NCBI RefSeq assembly: GCF_009914755.1
Contig: NC_060926.1
Origin: the human T2T-CHM13v2.0 reference genome, Homo sapiens
DNA length: 64,000 nt
Reading direction: 5' to 3' (one strand)
The position numbers were made by a program, and so were the translations under genes. Positions 13,889 to 27,425 of the stretch are shown here, in pieces. Numbering within the stretch: position 1 is the first letter of the stretch; each line of letters starts with the position of its first letter. A model generated the notes under the pieces. The model did no database searches. It was not told the origin of the DNA and worked only from the letters and a program-made list of their open reading frames with translations.

Positions 13889-15429
13889 GATTATCTTCTT
13901 ATAATTAGAGACTAATAACACACTGATACGAAGTAGCTTTATATCAGGAAAATGGATAAATGTAAACATTTGCCTACCAGGAGAAAATAATACGACCTGA
14001 TTGGAAAATGTACAGATAAAAAGCTAAGTTTAGTAGGTAGCCATTGATGAACACAGTCTAACTTAAGACAACAATTGGGGATTGTTAGAGCAGAGATTGT
14101 AGCTCCCTTCTGGGGAGGAGCTGACCAAAATGTCATCCAGCTCCTGCTTGACAGAAGAGGTGCAGCCAAATTGATCGAAAGGAAATGTCAGAGGAGGCCA
14201 GGGTGGGAATTATCAGCAACTGTGTTTGAGGATTTGTTCCACTTTGTTTTGGTGTTGGTGAAATTATCACAGTCTGCATGTTATATGACCTTGGCACTTA
14301 GAGTCATGGCAACTTGTTGCATTTATGCGAGATTTTTTCTCCCTAAAGTCTCTTCTGTTTGATAGCATATATGTACCTTTCATAATCAATATCAAACTGA
14401 AGTAGCTTGAAAAGATAGATAATTTTATTCATTTTCTGGGATTCCATAACCACAAACTCGGTGGCTTAAAACCACAGAAATGTATGTCCTCACAATTCTG
14501 GAGGCCAGAAATCCAAAATCAAGGGCTCGGCAGGGTTGCTTCCTACTGGCAACTCAGGGAAGTTGAGTTTATGAGTATGTATTATTTTTTATTATGTGTA
14601 GTGTAGTACTTTAATAATTATTAAAAATTAAATCATTCACAAATGTTGGTCATTTTTCTTACTGGTAACAAAAGTTTTGTGACATATCTTACAGCAATAT
14701 AGTTAAGAACTGATGCCCTTGATTAGCAATTTTAAAAACCGGAGGCTTATCCTAGCCTGTCTTATTTTCCTAGACTTGTGTGGAAATGATTTGAAGATGA
14801 TGGCCCATAACAGCACATTTCTGTAAAGCCTGTGCTTAGAACCCTAGAGTGGTCTGGGAGATGAAGATTAAGACCTTGTTATCCATCTCTTAAGGAAAAT
14901 ACCATCAGAGGAAAATGCAAATCTTATTATAGGTCATCACTAGAATGAGGATTGTAATTTATAGAAATTGGGGTTTAATTATGAGAAATAGTTCCGTTCT
15001 TGGCTCTCGTTTACTTCTATTTGGAGATGTTTTGTTGATTCTTCTCTATTCTCTTCTCTTCCTTTTCTTGAATGGAAAGGAACTTGGAAAACTCATGCCC
15101 TGTCCTTGGGCTTGTCAGAGGAAACTTGGAATGTCATTGCCTTTTGGGCACATTTGCAAGCAAGGGGGTGACATATGCTGTGGTGCAGCCTGGGTGTGGG
15201 GAGTTAAGGGCTGTTAGCTCCATCATTCAGACATGTTTTAAGTTTATGGAAACTCTGTGTTTTATACAAGTGCATTTGTGCCCTGTGTTTTCCGCTTGTG
15301 TTGTATAATGTTCTGTTCTTTGTTTTTAACACTTCCCGCCCCCACCCCATCCCTCCGACATGCACCTCAGACAGCATGAACAAGACAAGCTGCTACTTCC
15401 TCTCCTCTCTTGCACCCTGTTTATCTTTA

Positions 15430-16290
15430 ATTGCAGCAAAATACACATAACATAAAATTGCCATCCTAACCATTTTTAAATGTACAGTTCAGTGGTGTTA
15501 AGTACATTCACATTATTGTGCAACCATTACCACCATCCATCTCTAGAACTTTTACATCTTCCCACACTGAAACTCTGTCCCCATTAAACGCTAACTTTTC
15601 ATTCTCCAGCACCCCCAGACCTGGTAACTGGCTTTCTATTTTCTGTCTGTATGATTTGACTTTTCTGAGTACCTCATATAAGTCAAATCAGACAGTATGT
15701 GTCCTTTTGTGACTGTCTTATCTCAGCGTAACGTCCTCAAGTTTCAGCCCTATTGTAGCATGTGTCAGCATTTCCTTTTTCAGACTGAATAATGTTCCAT
15801 ATTGTGTATAGTGTACACCACATTTTGCTTATCTATTCATCCACTGATGGACATGTGGGTTGCTTCCATGTTTATCTGTTGCAAGTAATACTGCTATGAA
15901 CGTGGGTATACAAGTATCTTTCATTCTCTGCTTTCAGTTCTTTTGAATATATACCCAGAAGTGGAATTGCTGGATCATATGGTAATTCTGTGTTTAATTT
16001 TTTGAAGAACCTCCATACTGTTTCCTATAGTAGCTATATCATCCTCCATTTCCACCAACATTGCATGAAGGATCCAGTTTCCCCACATCCATGTCAACAC
16101 TTGTTAAACTTTTTTTTTTTAATTTGCCAGTAGCCTCATAATGAGCGTGAGGTAGTATCTCATTGTAGTGTTAATTTGCATTTACCTAACAATTCGTGAC
16201 GTGGAGCATCTTTTCATGCGCTTATTGGCTGCTGTGTCTCTTCTTTGGAGAAGTGTCTGTTGAAGTTGTTTGACATTTTTTAATCAAGTT
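15430..16290 (-). mobile_element. L1MB-like 3' end
   Basis: aaatgtacagttcagtgg, atatacccagaagtggaattgctggatcatatggtaattct motifs. Confidence 0.8.
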
Positions 16291-18253
16291 GTTGGGCAGG
16301 TTCCCTTGTTTTTAAGTCAGAGTAGGTGATGTTTGTCTTGAAGGTTATAAAAAGAGAACATGTTTGCTATGACATGTAGTTGATTGCTATGAAATGTAGT
16401 TGACACATGCAGAATAGAAAGATTTATAAATTAAATACTCCTTTATTAACATTTTAATGTGTCAAATTTAAATTTCAGAAGCATTCATCTTTCTTCTCTA
16501 CTTGTACATTTTTATTTACCTGACAGTGTAAAACCCACAACCAAAAAATAATGGCTTTTTCCCCATTTAAAATACTTTGTAAAAATAGTAGCCTAGTTGT
16601 CATTTGTGAGCCCAGGCTTGGTCCTCAAGTCTGACATAGACTCCCCAAGGCCCTAACGCTGAAGTTCTCTGAGCCCTACCACTGCCCAGGCAGGCCCAGG
16701 AAGTGTCCCAGCAGTGCCCAAGAAGGTCACCATCACCTGTGGAATCCACAGTGTGGGTAGCCCCCAGGGAGCCACAGCCATGTAGACCCAGATTCACAGG
16801 AGGATGCGGTTACTGCAAGCATCTGAACCTGGCCCCACCACCTATGGGCAGAGTTGGTTCCAGCTCAGTGTGTCCATGGGATGTCTTTAGGTTCACCTTG
16901 CTTTTCTGTCCCACGCTCATATGTTGGAGCTAAGCTGCATGGAGTGTCGTTCTCCCTGTACATATGAGATTAGTCAGCAATCCTGTCTCCTTCCATATTC
17001 TGTCTTTATTTCTGCGACACTATTTCTGGAGAACATCGTATTTGTGCTTTTCCTTTGATATGTTTGTAATTTTCGTTAGAAAAGCCCTTTTAGATTCTAA
17101 AGCTTCTACATTCAGTATTTCAATCAATGATAACAAACTGGTGTAAGACTAAATATAAAATACAAACATCAACACATTTCCATAAATTGCTGTTATAATG
17201 TCTGCCACAAAAAGTTCAGTTGTTTGTATGTTTTTCAAATGTGCTTTGCTTGTCTTGATGATTTACAACTGTTGGCACTGCTGTTTAAGTCTGTTCTGAC
17301 AGTGAGAAAGTGACTCATTTGGCAAAGTCAGCTGTTTTTTACTAAAAGTGAATAGTGGTGAGTGGAAAGGGGCTTGTGTACAACTTTCTTGTCAAAGAAC
17401 GATGACCGGCAAATAAGCAATTTTAGTTCCTTGGATTTGAGCACCACTCTCGCATGCCTCCACCAACCAGCTTGTCTCCACAGAGCTTCCTTCCTCACTT
17501 TACACTGAAAATCTGTTATCAGTGTGTGGAAAATAAAAATTTTACACATCTTTAGTTTTGAGGATGTGGATTACTATTTACAGGTGTTTTTTTTTTTCTG
17601 TAAGGAAGACATTTTTTTAAAAAGTAAAAGGTGTTCCCATTGTTTAGTTATTGCCTTATGATTTGATTTTCTTGTTTCACAAAGAACAGCTTTTAATTAA
17701 ACGTATTTAAATAGTAAAAATATACATGTCACTTCACCTGGTTCCAGTTAAATGTGTTAACAGTGTATGTGGTTGGTGCTTAATAAAAACATGTTCAGTG
17801 CAGTAATAATTAACTTCAGTTAAACCCTTAAAACATATAGGGAGTAAACAGAAATGTTGAGTGGTTACTCAGCATGGGGTAAGGGATACATCAAGTCATT
17901 GGTCAGTATTGGGTATCATCATGTTCTTACCATCTTTTTTCTGGAGTTTTAATAGTTGTTTTTTAAAAAATCTCTGTTTTAATAAGCCATTTTGATGTTT
18001 GAAACTACCTTGGATAAGCATATCAAGACCCTTCAGAGATTCTAAAACATGTTCAGCACTTTCTGGTACAATATTCTCAAAGAACCAGGATACATCTTAT
18101 TTCTCAAAATGAAACAAAAATGTATTAGACATTACCCCTGTGATTTCAAGCCCACAGTCTGTCACTTTGAAGTATTTGTATCCTTTTACAAAAGAAAAGC
18201 CAAATGAAGATCTCCCTGAAAAAATATTTTAATAGAATATGTCTTTATTTCAG

Positions 18254-18356
18254 TATCTTAAATAGCGAAGATGGAGAAATACTCAATAATGAAGAGCATG
18301 AATATGCATCCAAAAAAAGAAAAAGGACCATTTTAGAAATGACACAAATACTCAAA
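18254..18356 (+). pseudogene. FBXO25-like exon (103 bp, frameshifted)
   Basis: tttcag|TATCTT...CTCAAA|gtaaga; homology switches frame in the AAAAAAAGAAAAAGG tract. Confidence 0.9.
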
Positions 18357-18832
18357 GTAAGATCATTCTCATTAATTTTATTTTACTTGTTGATTATGTT
18401 GAAATACTAAATTACTCTGACAATGCTATCTTATGAAATAAAAGGTGATACAAATATGTAAATAACAGCCCAGTATCCAGCATTGCCTACATATTTAGTG
18501 ATCAAACTTTTTGCAGCCCAACGTTTCAGTGGGTAAGATGTGCAAAAACAAAATAAGAGATAGCAAAACCCACAAAACAGCCCATGAATCTGAATGCTTG
18601 AATTATGGTCATGAATTCAGCTCAATCTTGAGCAGTGAGGCCAAACTGAGAGGTGTCCTGACTTGAGTTTCGAAGTCATTGAAGATTCACAGCAGGAGAC
18701 AGACATTCAGAGCTGGAGTTTAGGATGTTAGATGGCAGCAGGGGAAGGCTGGAGGTGGGACCTATCTGTGAGAGGGCATAGAGTTCTATCATGCAGCATA
18801 TCTGTGAGTTACCAAGACACCTGTTAATGTAT

Positions 18833-19360
18833 AGTAGGCTCCCTTACCTCGGGATAGACCTCCAGTGGATGCCTGAAACTGTGGATACTACCAAACCTTA
18901 TGGATACTATGTTTTTTTTTCTCTATATACACACTTATAATAAAGTTTAATTTATAAATTAGGTGCAGTAAGAGATTAACGAGAATAATAATAAAATGAA
19001 ACAGTTATAGCAAGATGGCCACCATCACTGCTCTTGCACTTTGGGGCTATTATGAAGTACAGTAAGGGTTCTTTAAACACAAGCACTGTGATATCTCAAC
19101 AGGTGATCCGATAACCAAGACGGCTACTGAGTGACCAAGGGGCGGGTAGTGTAGGACTCGCTTGACAAAGGGAGGATTTGCATCCCAGGCAGGACAGAGC
19201 CGGACGGTGTGAGATTTCATGACACCACCCAGAATGGCACACAATTTAAAACTTATGAATGGTTTATTTCTGGAATTTTCCACTTAATGTTTTCAAACCA
19301 AAGCTGACTGTGGGTAATTGAAACTGTAGAAGATGAAACTGTGAATACGGGGGGACTACT
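18833..19360. mobile_element. TcMar-Tigger DNA transposon (MER44/Tigger7-like)
   Basis: Degenerate TIRs tagtaggctcccttac ... aatacggggggactact with internal Tigger-like motifs. Confidence 0.7.
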
Positions 19361-19797
19361 TTATGAAGAAGATAGGGTCACATGGAGAATACAGTTAGTG
19401 TGATTCTTGAAACTTTTAAGATTTATCTGAAAAATTTGTTTCTATGGAGTACTATACACAGCAACAGAAGAATAGAACTTTTTATTAGGGTACATAGGAA
19501 TGTAGTAATGTAATTGCATTTTATAATCATTTATGTCTTCATATGGCTTCAGTCATTAATAATACTAATTTTCTTCTAAGTTACTAGGACTTGGTACTGT
19601 CTGAAATCATTGTTCATATCTTAAACTGATTTAAGAAACAAAGCAATTCTGTTTGCATTCAACCAAGTAAAAGCATTTCTTGTCAATATAGTAAGTCAGA
19701 TAATTTTGTTAACATGTCCAATTATTTAAATTCCTTTAAAACCTTCATTTTGAAATGATTTGCCAGATTTTAAAAACAAAGGTAATTTTTATTCTAG

Positions 19798-19847
19798 GTT
19801 TTTATCATGAAAAATGGATCTATGTCCATAAAGAAAGCACAAAAGAA
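19798..19847 (+). pseudogene. FBXO25-like exon (50 bp)
   Basis: ttctag|GTTTTTATCATGAAAAATGG...AAAGAA|gtaagt; FYHEKWIYVHKESTKE. Confidence 0.9.
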
Positions 19848-20026
19848 GTAAGTATTCTATTATAAATAAGAGAGTATCTTGGATTGTTTCTGTTGAATAT
19901 GGAGTCACATTAAATAAATGTATTAATAAAGTTGCATAAAACACATTTCTTTTGCAATGTCAGATCTATGGTTCACATTCTGACAGATAATAGCATATGA
20001 GGAGCTTTTGAGGCAGTGATTCGCCA

Positions 20027-20215
20027 CTGTGTGTGCTTGCATGTGCATGTGGTATGTGGCTGTGTATTTGTGCACACATTGGTGTGTGTTGTGTGTATGG
20101 TGTATGTGTGTTGTATGTATGGTGTGTATGTATGGTTGTGCATGTATTTGTGCACACATTGGTCTGTGGGATGTATGGTGTGTGGTGGCATGTGGTATAT
20201 GTGTGCAGTGTGTGG
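20027..20215. repeat. Degenerate TG-rich simple repeat
   Basis: (TG/TATG/TGGTG) low-complexity tract, source of the His/Thr and Cys/Val ORFs. Confidence 0.9.
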
Positions 20216-22017
20216 TTCCTGCCTACCTGTACATATCTGAGTCAACAGCAGGGCTATTTAAACCAAGCATGGACTCCTGCGGTCATACGCATTTTCTCTG
20301 TGTTAGCATGAACCCCTGATGCTGATGGGAATGTGTCCTCCCTGTGGCATGTTTTGGAGGGCAGGGCATCTGTGAGCCCTCTAATTCCACATAAAGAGTG
20401 GCTAACATGAAATTAGTAATTGGGTTGGGTTTGTGCAGAGCCATGTGAACTCTTTCCCTGCCTTTCTTTTGCCAAGTTGGGCTAAAGCTTTTTCATGAGC
20501 CATAAAACAAACCAGAGAGCTTCAAGCTGTTTCCTGTTTCTTTACTAGGATCCGGGAAGTTGAGTTCCTTTTATAGTCCTAGAAACTCTGCATTTGCTTT
20601 ATTTTGCAACAATTGGGGAAAATAATTTAGGGAATTACTGTCTATCGTATGTTATTTCAGGGTAAGTTAAATATTCCAGAAATGTTTGTAGATGCTCTGA
20701 AACTAGTCCAGCTTCCAAGAAACTGAAGGATTAGATTCTGAGAAAGAAAACTTAATCTGTTTGGTTATGGTTAGTGGGTATAGAATGAATCAGATCCTTA
20801 ATATACACTCGAATACACCATTAGACGATTATTTGACAGAATCTAACCTAGTTTGTAAAAAACAAAATTTAGTGCTCATGAAAGACCATTAAATATTTCA
20901 TCTGCTCTGTTGCCATACTGATTACAGAACAGAGGATCCCATCCAAGCTAGCATATACAGGAAAGGAGGATCTTATTGTGAGGCTGTGGGGATGTTCCCT
21001 GGAATCCTAGGAACCAGGACCTAACAAGGCTGAGAGGGACCAGAACTAGGACTGGGTGCTGGTGTCCCTGCACCACGTCATGTCTCCACACCCTCACCTG
21101 GTATAGAGCAAGTGCCTGCTGCTTGTCCATGCTGGCTGGTGTCTCACTGCTTCCGAGGTTACATGCTGTGGTTCTAGGTCCAGACATGCTCTTTGTGGTC
21201 TGCTCTGTGAATCAGATTTAATTTCCTTTTGTGAGATGGGTGGTGACCTTGGAAAGTGTCTGCTACACCATCGTGTGGAATATCAGCTGTGATGGATTTC
21301 AGATTATAATCTATATCAAAATGAGTGTTTCCTTTCCCCAGAGTTCCCAGGAAAATGTTTTCCACATAGCAGGCACTCAGTCAACATATTTGGATGTTTT
21401 AAATGAGTATATTTAGTTGAGTTGTGCACCCGTCAGGGCGATTGGGGTTGGCGCACAGAAGCACATGAGCCTCTGAGTGTATCGGCTGTTGGAGACAAAG
21501 GTGCTATGACTCCAGCTGCTTTCTCTAGGACATCTCAAGTCACCTGTTTGGAATTTGAGACCAATCATCTCATGTTTTCTATTATTGTTTTCTAGCTTAC
21601 TTATCTCTACAACTTTGACCTGAAAATCTGTAGATTTTAAATATTTCAAATATGGAGGATGAAGATGGAGTTTAAAATGACTTCTGAAACCTAATGTGCT
21701 AATCTATACAAACCAATACAGGATAAGGGTATATCATGGAAGAAAAACATCTAAGAGAATAGCAGCAGTGTTTACAGTACTGAAAATAAATTGTTTCATT
21801 TTCTTCCTTCAGTTCTTGGACCTGTGGGTCTAAGCACCAGTTTTTTTGGTGTTTTGGGTTCTTGGCATCCGTGCTCCCAGCCTGAAAGCTGCCTGTGGTC
21901 ACATCCAGCACTTGCCTTCAGCCCTCTCCATCCCAATGCTGGTTTTCAGAAGCACCTTCTTGCTACCGAAGCGCCTCTCTCGGCCCTGACCCTTGTGGTT
22001 GAGCATGCTTCCAGCCT

Positions 22018-22202
22018 GGGCAGTGCATGGCTGCTCTGGAGAGAAATCCCATGTTATACTTCAAACTCGGGCAGTGCATGCCTCCCCTGCAGAGAAATCC
22101 CATGTCACACTTCAAACTCGGGCAGTGCATGGCTGCTCTGGAGAGAAATCCCATGTTACACTTCAAACTCGGGCAGTGCATGCCTCCCCTGCAGAGAAAT
22201 CC
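22018..22202. repeat. 51-bp minisatellite, about 3.6 copies, alternating A/B variants
   Basis: Units start at 22018, 22069, 22120, 22171 with GGGCAGTGCATG; core alternates GCTGCTCTGG / CCTCCCCTGC. Confidence 0.95.
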
Positions 22203-22630
22203 TGTGTTTCAACTAGATATTTGTAACACCTACATCCTTACAATGCAGTTAATCAGATGATTTATGTATTTTTAGTTGCGTAGCCTAGAATGAATCCAGT
22301 TTTTTTATGATCTTAGCTTTAACGTCGTCCACACCCCAGTTTGTCCCCAACAAAACAAACCAGCAAGATATTTAATAAATATTTGTCTTTGTCATTACTT
22401 CAGCAGGTTGTAAAAAATGTCAGTTAACGGTGTCTCAGGTATACATAAACAGCTTAAATTATTAGCATTGCTACAATTTTACTATACTCTCATCTAAATC
22501 TAAAACCAGTCTTCAAAATAAAAACAAATTGTCCTTTGCCAAAATTTTTTTAATCGCACAATTAATTGACATTAACTGCCAATTCTTTTTGGCTAATTGA
22601 CTAATTTTAACTTCTGTGTTGCTCTTCCAG

Positions 22631-22723
22631 AGGCATGGCTATTGCACCTTGGGAGAAACCTTTAATCGGTTAGACTTCTCAAGTGCAATTCAAGATACCC
22701 GAAGGTTCAATTATGTGGTCAAA
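22631..22723 (+). pseudogene. FBXO25-like exon (93 bp, phase 0/0)
   Basis: ttccag|AGGCATGGC...GTCAAA|gtaagt; [31 protein letters not shown]. Confidence 0.93.
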
Positions 22724-23551
22724 GTAAGTGTTCTATTTCAAAAACTACTTTGATGACTCTTTTGAACAACTATATTTTGAAGATTGTAAGTGTACAACGT
22801 TTAAGATGCTTTTGGCAGCTTGAAGGTGTGCCTGTTTGCTGTGTATTAATCGAAAAACAGAAGGGAACAAGTTCAGGAGAAAACAGTGAGATTGGAGGAT
22901 TTCTCCAGTATTGGTGGCAGAGGTTGCAGAGCCTCAGTGGGAGCAAACACTCATCTGCCCTGTGGCTCTGTGGTTGCTGAGGATGCCACAAGGTGGTCCC
23001 TTAGGGGTTGTACCATGTACCTACATACTGTGTCAGTGATAGAACGGTTGTGGGATCTTTACCTGATGATCTCACGAATGTTTTCTGCTTCGTGTTTTTC
23101 ACAAGGAATGAGGCTTGTGTCACAGAGGAAGAAGTAGCTAATAGAAAACAGGAATTTCATACAAAATAGAATTCCACAAAAGCCTTATTGCATTAATGAT
23201 ACCCTTTTGGAAGAAATTTTTATCTTGGGCCACACTCAAAAAGAAAGGATCTTAGCCATATATTCCATTTATTGTTTGCTTTTGTCCAAAGATTAATTAC
23301 TATGTGGTTTATGCAACTTCATTCTATTATGGATAAAATAGAAGCTATAGTTTATGAAGCTATTAATTTTGTGTTTCTAATGGTTCTGTGAGACATTGGA
23401 AAAATGTTTCTTTTAATTGCTTTTAGGCATTTGAAAGTGCTACTGGGAGGACAGAAAATTTAGGGAGTTTAATTATAAGCTTTAGATAATGTTATTTGTT
23501 CAGTTTGGTTCTGAGCAGAACTTCCGGGGCTGCTGGCCAGGCACCTAGTGT

Positions 23552-23923
23552 AGGGTCAACACTCCCTGTCCCACCTGGTGGACGCTCATGAGCAACAGCT
23601 GCCAACTTGGCAGGTTGTTTTCTCTGGTTGGAGGCCACTGAGTGACTGGCAGGTTGCTGGGCCTCGTGTAGCTGCGGGGGGGAGGGGGGGTCAGGAAGGG
23701 GATGGAGTACCAGGGGAACACGGCCACAGAGTGAACTTCCACATTCCTCCACACGAACATGCTGACGCCACGGGAGGCCTCACTGAACGCAGGCCTGGGG
23801 GCCGAGTACTTGGTCTGGGCAGGGGGTTCCTGGCAGGGGCTCACACCTCCTCGCCCCCTCCTCAGCCAAGGTGGCTTGGGCCCAGAGAAGGGGAGGTTGG
23901 AGAGGAGCAGAAGGCCAGGCCTC
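23552..23923 (-). pseudogene. CICP: 5' fragment of processed capicua pseudogene (short-isoform 5'UTR and N-terminus)
   Basis: Minus-strand ORFs give [32 protein letters not shown] and [38 protein letters not shown], matching recalled CIC-S ([40 protein letters not shown]); intronless, frameshifted, ends before the HMG box. Confidence 0.9.
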
Positions 23924-23925
23924 AA

Positions 23926-24160
23926 GTTTTTTTTTTTGTTTGTTTTGTTTTTTGTTTTTGAAATGTAGTTTGACTCTTGTCACCCAGGCTGGAGTGCAGT
24001 GGCACGATCTCAGTGGCCTTCATACCTGGCTACTTTTTTGTATTTTTACTGGAGGTGGGGTTTTGCCATGTTGGCCAGGCTGGTCTTGACCTCCCGACCT
24101 CAGGTGATCCACCCACCTCGGCCTCCCAAAATGGGATTACAGGCATGAGCCACCGCTCCC
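23926..24160 (-). mobile_element. AluS with internal deletion
   Basis: (GTTTT)n tail, gtcacccaggctggagtgcag, then jumps to tttttgtatttt and the left monomer. Confidence 0.85.
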
Positions 24161-24182
24161 AACTTCATTCATTTTTACTTGA

Positions 24183-24444
<262 letters not shown>

Positions 24445-24813
24445 AGCATTTTTTTAAGGTAGACCTAGTGGTCCTGAATGCCCTCAGCTTTGTTTGTCGA
24501 GGAAACACGTTATTTCTTCTTTCTTTCTAAAGGACAGCTTTGTCAGACATAGTATTAGTTGCTGGCAGTTTTTTTCTTTCAGCACTTTGAATGTATTATT
24601 CGATTCTGTCCTGACCTGCAAAGTTTCTTTAACTTTTGACTATTTGATTATATTGTGACTTGGTGAGTATCTATTTGGTTTGAACCTCTTTAGGAATCTT
24701 TAAGCTTCATGGATTTAGATGTCTAAATCTTTCCCATGATTTAGGCAGTTTTCAGCCATTCTTTAAATAAGCTTTCTTCTCCTTTCTCTACTTTCCTTCT
24801 CAAACTCCCATAA

Positions 24814-25174
<361 letters not shown>

Positions 25175-25287
25175 TTCTTTTCTCTTTTTTATTCTTTTTT
25201 TCTTTGTCCTCTGACTGGATAATTTCAGAAGATCTATATTCAAGTTTACAGATTCTCTCTCCTGTTGAAGTTTACTATTGTGTTATA

Positions 25288-25793
25288 TCACCCAGTCTGG
25301 TCTTGAACTCCTGGGCTCAAGTGATCCTCCCACCTTGGCCTCCCAAAGTGCTGAGTTTACAAGCATGAGCCACTGCATCCGGTCAGTCCCAGCACTTTGG
25401 GAAGCTGACGTGGGAGGATCACTTGAGCTCAGGAGTTTGAGACCAGCCTGGGCAACATACTGAGAACTTGTCTCTATATTAAAAAAAAAAAAAAAAAGGT
25501 CTTTGGGAGGCCAAAGCGGGAGGATCACCTGAGGTCAGGAGTTCGAGACCAGCCTGGCCAACATGGCAAAACCCCATCTCTACTAAAAATACAAAAATTA
25601 GACAGGTGTGGTGGCACACGCCTGTAGTGGTGGTGCATGCCTATAGTCCCAGCTACTCAAGAGGCTGAGGCAGGAGAATCACTTGAACTGGGAGATGGAG
25701 GTTGCAGTGAGCTGAGATCGCACCAGTGCACTCCAGCCTGGGCAACAGAGTGAGACTCCATCTTATAAAAGGAAAAAAGAAAGAAAAGAAAAA
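25288..25793. mobile_element. Alu cluster: inverted left-monomer pair plus a 5'-trimmed + strand Alu
   Basis: - strand monomer 25288-25382, + strand monomer 25387-25497 with A-tail, + strand Alu 25501-25793. Confidence 0.85.
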
Positions 25794-25951
25794 TTCCGTA
25801 TCTGAGTGTTTACTCCTGAGTTTTTGAGATTGTTATTAAGATCGTGCTCTACTGTGATGATTTGGGTTTGTTTGATAATCACAAAAAAGCATATTCTTTT
25901 GGGTGTTCAGCCACACTCCTTTGGTGTCACAACTGCACATTGGTTTCACAG

Positions 25952-26134
25952 CTGCAGGACAAATTCGAGCATCTTAAAATGATTCAACAGGAGGAGATAA
26001 GGAAGCTCGAGGAAGAGAAAAAACAACTGGAAGGAGAAATCATAGATTTTTATAAAATGAAAGCTGCCTCTGAAGCACTGCAGACTCAGCTGAGCACTGA
26101 TACAAAGAAAGACAAACATCGTAAGAAGCAATAG
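25952..26134 (+). pseudogene. SEPTIN14P: SEPTIN14 terminal coding exon copy (coiled-coil C-terminus), followed by 3'UTR-like sequence
   Basis: ttcacag|CTGCAGGAC...; [60 protein letters not shown] matches the recalled SEPT14 C-terminus; no upstream septin exons in the window. Confidence 0.9.
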
Positions 26135-26280
26135 TTTCTCTTACTATTCTGAGAGCCTTATCATTCTACATCCCATCTTCCTGTGAGATTGTCTTTGTAG
26201 CATTTAACTCTAATTGCAGTTCTCTTTTTAAAAATTGGCTTGCTTATTGTATATTTTCCCCAACTAAAGCGTGAACTCCT

Positions 26281-26695
<415 letters not shown>

Positions 26696-27095
26696 TCATG
26701 TAAAAGAAGCTGGTTAGCTGGAGAAATTTCTTTACCATAGTCTTGCTTGTGGATCCAGTAGTGACTTTTACATTTTATATCTAAATAGAAGCTGGAGGCT
26801 TTGTTGGGTACTCATAGGCATAAAATATTATGTTATTTATTATAGAGTTAAATGCTACAAAGACAAATCTAATTAATAGGCCTATTTTCCTTTTTAAGTT
26901 CTACTCATAATTTCTTCATAGTTTTTATGATAAAAGGTTGGATTTTGATTAGAACTCCCATGCTTTTGTGTCAGAATTAAAACTGGTATTAGAATAAATA
27001 ATTCAAAAGCTAGAGAAAGAGTACAATGAGAAGCCATGAGTTGCATTTGAATTATAATATTATGTCTTACAGATTTGGGGTATATGCTAAAGTTA

Positions 27096-27425
<330 letters not shown>

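Larger units (their letters stand above)
18254..22723 (+). pseudogene. FBXO25 (pseudogene copy): Partial unprocessed FBXO25 duplicate (three internal N-terminal exons, no F-box exons)
   Basis: Three exons with ag/gt boundaries translate to [82 protein letters not shown], matching the recalled FBXO25/FBXO32 N-terminal region; frameshift in the first exon. Confidence 0.92.

Noticed and set aside
18308-18326. Programmed -1 ribosomal frameshift rescuing the FBXO25 frame
   Set aside because: In the incoming frame (TCC AAA AAA AGA AAA AGG) no X XXY YYZ heptamer is correctly phased; simple deletion is more parsimonious
19923-20319. Six overlapping His/Thr- and Cys/Val-rich ORFs
   Set aside because: Translation artefacts of a TG simple repeat
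21791-22260. 141-aa ORF with 17-aa repeats, or CRISPR-like array
   Set aside because: Explained by the 51-bp minisatellite; no unique spacers; eukaryotic DNA
25844-26134. 96-aa ORF as an intact gene
   Set aside because: First 36 codons are intronic sequence upstream of the acceptor with a non-ATG start; only the septin C-terminal exon is homologous
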